In this document: positions 47,117 through 52,605 of the stretch, piece after piece
Numbering within the stretch: the stretch's first letter is position 1
How the letters are laid out: every line of letters begins with the position of its first letter
From: a virus
Taxonomy: Duplodnaviria; Caudoviricetes
Reading direction: 5' to 3' (one strand)
Virus record (IMG/VR): IMGVR_UViG_3300019926_000173
Location: 1 to 52,605 of that record
DNA length: 52,605 bases
Made by a program: the position numbers and the translations under genes
Notes under the pieces: generated by a model
The model's input: only the letters and a program-made list of their open reading frames with translations
Told to the model about the DNA's origin: nothing
Databases searched by the model: none

Positions 47117-47503
47117 ATGACAGACGACACAATCGAAGTTCCACGAGACGCACTTGTACAGCGCACGATTGATATCGCCCTCGAGGTCGGCCAGTACGAC
47201 GACTTCCGAGTCCCGGACGACTGTGACGACTGGTCGCTCAAAGACATGGACGTCGACTACGTCACGACAGACGGCTCGACAGTCATCGTTGAAGGACTAG
47301 TCGAAGGGTCAGTCACGACAAAGGTCGCCTCAGCACGATATAATCCGCCAGGAAAAGCGCATCCAGCCGAATACGAGCGCCACGACGTCCCAATCGATAT
47401 CTCGATTCGGTGGGACCTCGAAAAGTTCGCGAAAGTCGGCGAGATCAAGCTGTACGCACAGGCGCGAAAGGATCCAAGTGAACCGCCAGCACCAGACATC
47501 TAA
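47117..47503 (+). CDS. Hypothetical protein
   Basis: Acidic ORF. Confidence 0.7.
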   Translation: MTDDTIEVPRDALVQRTIDIALEVGQYDDFRVPDDCDDWSLKDMDVDYVTTDGSTVIVEGLVEGSVTTKVASARYNPPGKAHPAEYERHDVPIDISIRWDLEKFAKVGEIKLYAQARKDPSEPPAPDI

Positions 47504-47507
47504 TACA

Positions 47508-47705
47508 ATGGTAGACGAATCAGACCCAGACGGAACGACGGTACTCCAATCGCACGGACACATCAGCTTCGATGCAACCTGCCCGGATGCATTCCGGCAG
47601 CTCGTCCGAGATACACTCAACGAGAGTGAATTCATCCGAATGACTGAGTCAGAAGCAGAAAGTAACGACCTGCTCGTCATCAACGAAGTTTACCAGGACG
47701 AATAA
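47508..47705 (+). CDS. Hypothetical protein
   Basis: ORF in operon. Confidence 0.6.
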   Translation: MVDESDPDGTTVLQSHGHISFDATCPDAFRQLVRDTLNESEFIRMTESEAESNDLLVINEVYQDE

Positions 47706-47709
47706 CACA

Positions 47710-48156
47710 ATGTCAAGCAATTCATACACCCACGACGACCCGACGTTGAGCGGACTCGACGACCTCGCAGCCAACATGCCAGTCACCGACACCGACGCAC
47801 TGGAGAAGATTACGCAACCGCTTACTATCGGCAAACCGCCGGAGTGGTGGCTCGACGAGGTTGGCGCAGACATGGAAACCGGCGAACCAGCACTCGCATT
47901 CGCTGGGACTCGAGAACAGACTCGCGTCTCGAACGAAGACGTCGAGCGCAACCAGATGGCCGTCCTCGACACGGTCAAAGACGACTACTGGGACGACGTC
48001 GATGCAATGATCGCGCCCGACGAGCTCGAGGTCGGCGAATGCCAGCACTTCGGCAACGTCGAACTCACGTTCAAGCGAATCGACGGCTGGGCGCTGACTC
48101 GCTACGAAATCAGCCTCTTCGACGAGGTAGTGACCGAGGAATTCGTCCAAGAATGA
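47710..48156 (+). CDS. Hypothetical protein
   Basis: Acidic ORF. Confidence 0.7.
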   Translation: MSSNSYTHDDPTLSGLDDLAANMPVTDTDALEKITQPLTIGKPPEWWLDEVGADMETGEPALAFAGTREQTRVSNEDVERNQMAVLDTVKDDYWDDVDAMIAPDELEVGECQHFGNVELTFKRIDGWALTRYEISLFDEVVTEEFVQE

Positions 48157-48959
48157 GCAAAGCACAACAGACGGCGCAATCACTTGCAACGCACAGTCAG
48201 GACTGCTCGTGCCCGATCCACGACGACGGCGCAGTTCCAACACTACCCAGAGGAATCGACTTCGCCGATCGAGTCACAGTCGCACCCATCAACCCGAGTA
48301 CTGCTGGTGAAATCTACGAGGCCCATCACTCGTACAAGCCAGAGATGCCAAACGTCACCTTCGACGACGGCAATCACGGGATCTACGTCGGCGATCACCT
48401 CGTCGGCGCGATCTCGTACAACTACCACATCATCAACAAACTGAAGCTGTACATCGAAGACAACGAGACTGCAGACGGCGGACTCACGTTCCACCGGAAC
48501 GATTCCCGCGGATCAGACGAGGACAAGCACATCCTGATGGGAAACAGGTTCGCCCACGTTGCCCGAATCTGCATCGGGGTCGACATGCACAACCTGGCCT
48601 CCTGTGCGCTCGCGAAGAGCCAGGAGTACTTTGTCGAGAACACCGACAAAGACGTCGACTTCCTGCTGACGTTCATCAGAGGTGATCACGTCGGCTCGAT
48701 GCTGAAGGCACTCAACGACAAGGGATGGCAGTTGACCGGACACACGCGATCGTCGACCGGATCAGGGAATCGAGAAGAGACAGACATCCACAACTGGACA
48801 AAACAACGCTGGCTGTGTGCAATCGACGATAGCCTCGAGCAGATCAAATCGTGCGACTGCGAGGACGACATGCTCGAACTGGTCGGGAAATCTCACGTCT
48901 GCAGTGAGTGCAAGCAGTGGTACGGATTCGACGGACACAGCTGGGCGCCGAACAACTGA
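48153..48959 (+). CDS. Mom-like GNAT-fold DNA-modification protein
   Basis: HHSY..GIY..LVGAISY..ARICI..NLASCAL..LLTFI..HVGSMLKA..W..TG pattern; ATGA-coupled start at 48153. Confidence 0.6.
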   Translation: MSKAQQTAQSLATHSQDCSCPIHDDGAVPTLPRGIDFADRVTVAPINPSTAGEIYEAHHSYKPEMPNVTFDDGNHGIYVGDHLVGAISYNYHIINKLKLYIEDNETADGGLTFHRNDSRGSDEDKHILMGNRFAHVARICIGVDMHNLASCALAKSQEYFVENTDKDVDFLLTFIRGDHVGSMLKALNDKGWQLTGHTRSSTGSGNREETDIHNWTKQRWLCAIDDSLEQIKSCDCEDDMLELVGKSHVCSECKQWYGFDGHSWAPNN

Positions 48960-48962
48960 ATC

Positions 48963-49148
48963 ATGACAGAATACACGATCCACGGGGCCTACATCGTCGG
49001 CCTCGAGCGAACAGTCGAATTAGACGACGGACTAGAAATGGACGACGCACAAGCACACGAGTTGCTCCACGAAGAACTCGATTCGCTCGGCATCAGGCAC
49101 GGCACGACATGTGGAATACTCGACGTCGACGACATTGTGGAAGGATAA
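48963..49148 (+). CDS. Hypothetical protein
   Basis: Acidic ORF. Confidence 0.6.
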   Translation: MTEYTIHGAYIVGLERTVELDDGLEMDDAQAHELLHEELDSLGIRHGTTCGILDVDDIVEG

Positions 49149-49151
49149 CTC

Positions 49152-49628
49152 ATGAAAAAACAGAATCCGCTAGTCGGTGACGACGATGGCGCAGAGGACG
49201 ACGAACCAGAACCGTACGACACACCAAGTCCCGAGTGGACGCCCAAACAACAGACCAACTGGGAGGAACATTGCCAAAGTCTCTACGAAAACCTTGAAAC
49301 TGAAGCTGGTCGCTATTGGTTCAAAAGAACATGGCGCCCAAAGAAGCGGAATCAAGGATACATGGAGCGCGATCACGTCGAACTGGGAACGCCTGAAGAC
49401 TACATCGTCGCCCACGTCGAAGACCAGCTGGAACCGATGGGCGACATCACGAGCGTCATGATGCGAAAACTCGGCACTCGGAATGTCGACGAAGACGAGC
49501 TCGAGGAAGCGATAAGCGACATCGTCCAGGCAAAGTTGCAGCAGATCGAGGAAACCGATCCCGATCGAGCTCGGCGCCTCGTCAGTGACGCAAACATGGC
49601 TGCAGAACTCTACGGAGCAAGCGAATAA
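49152..49628 (+). CDS. Hypothetical protein
   Basis: Acidic ORF. Confidence 0.7.
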   Translation: MKKQNPLVGDDDGAEDDEPEPYDTPSPEWTPKQQTNWEEHCQSLYENLETEAGRYWFKRTWRPKKRNQGYMERDHVELGTPEDYIVAHVEDQLEPMGDITSVMMRKLGTRNVDEDELEEAISDIVQAKLQQIEETDPDRARRLVSDANMAAELYGASE

Positions 49629-49786
49629 TGCCAACAATCTGCCCTAAATGTGAAACAGAAATACGGTGGATGTACGACGAAGCAACAGTAAATCCGACTG
49701 ACGCAGTCGTTCCAGGTGCGTGTCCCGATTGTGGGACTGCATTCCGAAAACGATACGAAATCGATCGGATAGACGAGGTGATTTAA
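49628..49786 (+). CDS. CPxCG microprotein
   Basis: CPKC..CPDCG (manually read). Confidence 0.55.
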   Translation: MPTICPKCETEIRWMYDEATVNPTDAVVPGACPDCGTAFRKRYEIDRIDEVI

Positions 49787-49788
49787 AA

Positions 49789-50052
49789 ATGAGTACACCA
49801 ACAACGACCGAGACGCAGACGGACCTCCTCGAAGAATTCGCAGAGGAATTCCGCGAGATGGGCGTCGTTACAGAAGCGACAACCAGTCCTGCAAGGGACC
49901 AGGTCAAAATCGTCACGAAGCCAAAGGGGGTGAACGTCACCAACGTTCGACTCGACGGATTCGAATTCGACCTCGACGACTGCTGGGTCAACAACAACGG
50001 AACGCTGACGCTGTGGTTCACAGTCAACGACAATGTCGGAACTCGATACTAA
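49789..50052 (+). CDS. Hypothetical protein
   Basis: GAGGTGA Shine-Dalgarno upstream. Confidence 0.7.
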   Translation: MSTPTTTETQTDLLEEFAEEFREMGVVTEATTSPARDQVKIVTKPKGVNVTNVRLDGFEFDLDDCWVNNNGTLTLWFTVNDNVGTRY

Positions 50053-50055
50053 TCG

Positions 50056-50274
50056 ATGACAGATGATTTCACCGATATTGCAAATCAGTGTCGCAACGAT
50101 GGAACAATTGCGGTCCACTTTGCTGGGCAAGTGTCGAACGGCAAAAAGCTCCGCATTGAAGCCGACGAGATTCCACAGTGGCTCTGGATGTGGATGCACA
50201 CCAACGGTGGCTACCCAGTCGAAGCGTATTCGACACGACCGATCACACTGACGTTCAAAATTCCTGAATTGTAG
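50056..50274 (+). CDS. Hypothetical protein
   Basis: ORF in operon. Confidence 0.6.
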   Translation: MTDDFTDIANQCRNDGTIAVHFAGQVSNGKKLRIEADEIPQWLWMWMHTNGGYPVEAYSTRPITLTFKIPEL

Positions 50275-50315
50275 GTAACATCGAAAGCAGAACAGCGAGG
50301 ACGACCAATCTATCG

Positions 50316-50364
50316 CCTTATGTAGCAACAAGGCCACGGTGCGACGCCAATATGCTACATAAGG
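50316..50364. repeat. Inverted repeat CCTTATGTAGCA-N25-TGCTACATAAGG, copy 2
   Basis: Identical arms to 9159-9207, unrelated spacer. Confidence 0.9.
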
Positions 50365-50405
50365 GATGACGAGCGATCGCAGGCGACGAGCAGACACATC
50401 TATCA

Positions 50406-51182
50406 ATGGAACCAACACACGGCGAGTACGATCAGACTGAAGTTGCGGGAAGTACAGAACTCAACCAGCGGATCCGAGATGCAGAGTGCCTGACTGACTG
50501 GCGACGGATCCTCAACGATCACATCTCGTGGGGGAACACGAAAGTCGGCGACGACACGGCAATCTTCAACATGAACTCGGCAACCGATTGCCCGAACGCG
50601 AAGACACAGGAAGAGGGCGAGTCCGACACTGGCCTGTGTCAAGTCGGCTGGGACACCTGCTACGCTCACAAAGCAGAGAACGCATATCCAAACGCACTAC
50701 CCTACAGACGTCGACAAGAGATGCTCTGGGACCATCTCGACGCGGATACGTTCGCCAAAGCCTTCCTCGAGATCTGTGACAACAAGGTCACGATGGGAAA
50801 CACGGACTCGATCAGCGACATCGACCTTCGGGTCAGCGAATCAGGCGACTTCCGACACCGTGGCGACATCGTCAAAGCCGAACGCATCGCCGACCTACTC
50901 GAGGGGCACGGAATCACGATGTACACCTACAGTGCCAGTTACAAGCTCGACTGGTCGGTCGCAGACACACTCGTCGTCCAACAGTCCGTCGCCAGTGCGA
51001 ATTACGGTGATCGAGTCTTCACCGCCGTCGAAAGCGTCGACGAGCTCGACGACAACACAGTTGCCTGTCCGTACTCACTCCAGCAGCAAAATGACGTTCC
51101 GGAAGAAGAGCGGACCAAGTGTGGGGACTGTCGACTTTGCCTCAACCACGATGGACCAGACGTTGCCGTCATCGAACACTAA
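50406..51182 (+). CDS. GP88-like phage protein (radical-SAM-like, Cys-rich)
   Basis: GNTKV..CP..C..CYA.K..RVSESGDF..YTY..CP..CGDCRLC. Confidence 0.7.
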   Translation: MEPTHGEYDQTEVAGSTELNQRIRDAECLTDWRRILNDHISWGNTKVGDDTAIFNMNSATDCPNAKTQEEGESDTGLCQVGWDTCYAHKAENAYPNALPYRRRQEMLWDHLDADTFAKAFLEICDNKVTMGNTDSISDIDLRVSESGDFRHRGDIVKAERIADLLEGHGITMYTYSASYKLDWSVADTLVVQQSVASANYGDRVFTAVESVDELDDNTVACPYSLQQQNDVPEEERTKCGDCRLCLNHDGPDVAVIEH

Positions 51183-51379
51183 TGCACGACATGAATCCGC
51201 CACCAGACATCGATAGCGAAATCACGGTCGAAGAGAAGCACACCTGCAACGATTGCGGACACGACGCAGTCATGCTGTATCACGCAGGACGATGTGCAAA
51301 TTGCGCCTTCGACGTCGAAGAACGGCAGAGTCGCAGCCAGAACGAGATCACAACCCAACAAAGCGAACTCCACTCATGA
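51182..51379 (+). CDS. Zn-binding microprotein
   Basis: CNDC..CANC. Confidence 0.6.
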   Translation: MHDMNPPPDIDSEITVEEKHTCNDCGHDAVMLYHAGRCANCAFDVEERQSRSQNEITTQQSELHS

Positions 51380-51690
51380 CAACCGAACACCTCATCCAGA
51401 CAGACTACGACGAGTTCATCAAACAGATCAGCGAAGCTGGCACGAAGATGGGCGCGGATCCAGAGAAGGTTGCACAGATCGCCATCATCGCAACAGAAAA
51501 GATCGATGAAAACGAGTACATCCTGCGATTCAACGGTGATCCATACATCATGGAACGCGTCTGGCCGAGTGACGTCTTCCAAAATAGCGACCGATATCCA
51601 GTCGTCACTGAAGGCGAGGACGTGACGATCCGTGACATGGCAGTCGAAATCCTCGCCAGCGAGATTCAAGTATATAGAGACGCAGAATAG
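51376..51690 (+). CDS. Hypothetical protein
   Basis: ATGA-coupled ORF. Confidence 0.65.
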   Translation: MTTEHLIQTDYDEFIKQISEAGTKMGADPEKVAQIAIIATEKIDENEYILRFNGDPYIMERVWPSDVFQNSDRYPVVTEGEDVTIRDMAVEILASEIQVYRDAE

Positions 51691-51717
51691 TGCAGGATTG
51701 AACTACCGCGTTCTATA

Positions 51718-51873
51718 CCCCACTGACGTGCTCTCCCGTGACGTAGCGGTCGTACCGAACGACCTGGGAGTGGGGCCCGCACCAGTTCAGACGAGCTGGT
51801 CGCTAAACGGGCACAGACGTGGATGAGCCAGACGGCGAATCCAGGTACGAGAGCTCCCGACAGGAGCGACCGA
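51718..51873 (+). ncRNA. Candidate structured element, copy D
   Basis: Intergenic; nested stems; GGAT..ATCC-AG-GTACG core. Confidence 0.45.
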
Positions 51874-51890
51874 AAAATTGGAGACTACCA

Positions 51891-52424
51891 ATGCTACTCG
51901 AAGTCAACAAAAGCGAAGAAGCACGACTCCTCGAACTGGACGGATTCAATCGACACGGCGAGAAGGCTGTCATCGCACAGACCTTCGAATCAGCACACAG
52001 TGTGCTCGATCGAGAGGACGTCACCGTCCGTAAGATCGTCATCGAACGAGAAAACGGAGATGAAGAAGGTGCACTGATCGATGACTACCTACAGACGGGC
52101 CTCGCAGGCAGTCACACGCTTCATAGCCCACGGGTGAAACGACTCAGCACGAACAAGGATGACATCCTGAAGACGGAAAGCCGACGGAAACGTGTGAAAA
52201 TCAAAGAGAACAAAATCGTCGCAAAAGATCGCTTCCGGTCAGTACTCAACGGAACGTTCCGCCCTGAACCCTCGACCGAAGACGTTCACAAGACGCTCAA
52301 GAAGGCACAAGAACGAATCGACGACGCAATAGCCGATCATCAAGAACGAATCGAGGAACTGCGCTCGATGTGGGACGAAATAGAACAGATGTCCCACGGT
52401 GAGTTCGTCGAAGAATACTGCTAA
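51891..52424 (+). CDS. Hypothetical protein with C-terminal coiled coil
   Basis: ATG 51891 with GGAG upstream. Confidence 0.7.
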   Translation: MLLEVNKSEEARLLELDGFNRHGEKAVIAQTFESAHSVLDREDVTVRKIVIERENGDEEGALIDDYLQTGLAGSHTLHSPRVKRLSTNKDDILKTESRRKRVKIKENKIVAKDRFRSVLNGTFRPEPSTEDVHKTLKKAQERIDDAIADHQERIEELRSMWDEIEQMSHGEFVEEYC

Positions 52425-52440
52425 GTTGCAGTAACCACTC

Positions 52441-52498
52441 GCCCTGGACTCGGTCGCAGACCGTGTCCTGGTACGGCGCCTGCAAAGCAGGCTTCGAC
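52441..52498 (+). ncRNA. Candidate structured element, copy C
   Basis: GGAC-hairpin-GTCC-TG-GTACGGC-hairpin-CGAC. Confidence 0.45.
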
Positions 52499-52559
52499 TC
52501 CGGTCCCGTAACAGCTCGCCTTCCGGTCCCGTAACCGCTCGCCTTCCGGTCCCGTAACC
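52499..52559 (+). repeat. 23-bp tandem repeat (~2.6 copies) near the window end
   Basis: TCCGGTCCCGTAAC.GCTCGCCT. Confidence 0.7.
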
Positions 52560-52605
52560 CTCGGCCCTGCTCCGGTTCTAACAGGGACTGGGTAGGGGGG
52601 AAATA

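Noticed and set aside
51818-51843. Hammerhead or HDV-like ribozyme core (GGATGA-stem-GAAT)
   Set aside because: Lacks CUGAUGA/GAAA and the HDV L3 consensus; the sister copies do not keep these bases
52499-52605. Terminal 23-bp repeats as a biological genome terminus
   Set aside because: They lie at the window edge and decay into low-complexity sequence, so they cannot be distinguished from an assembly artefact
1-52605. Integrase, invertase, reverse transcriptase, major capsid or polymerase genes
   Set aside because: No recognisable motifs in this window; they may lie outside it

Overview
This window is a partial genome of a haloarchaeal tailed (head-tail) virus, with high GC and a strongly acidic proteome. 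Family assignments come from motif recognition only; no database search was run. The left arm (1-26041) is mostly on the minus strand and reads right to left: TFB-like factor, Tat-exported surface protein, TerS-like protein, a ~12.6 kb fibre/adhesin cluster (LamG, ILEI, FN3, Thr-rich, BppU-like), a free-standing nuclease, TerL, a portal-MuF fusion, and a prohead protease-like ORF that runs off the left edge. A plus-strand HNH endonuclease gene is inserted in this arm. A repeat- and hairpin-rich, gene-poor region spans ~26.1-31.2 kb. The right arm (28956-52424, plus strand) holds ~60 small early-type ORFs, including two SLOG-like paralogues, a Mom-like GNAT protein and a GP88-like protein. The most unusual observations are: (1) a complete LamG adhesin gene sits ATG-to-TAA inside its own paralogue, and its removal restores an in-frame 977-aa gene; (2) a dispersed family of 4-5 covarying multi-hairpin elements; (3) a nuclease gene inserted into terL with a duplicated, recoded terL 5' end; (4) two identical 12-bp inverted repeats with 25-nt spacers, 41 kb apart; (5) distinct late and early promoter motifs alongside a viral TFB-like gene.
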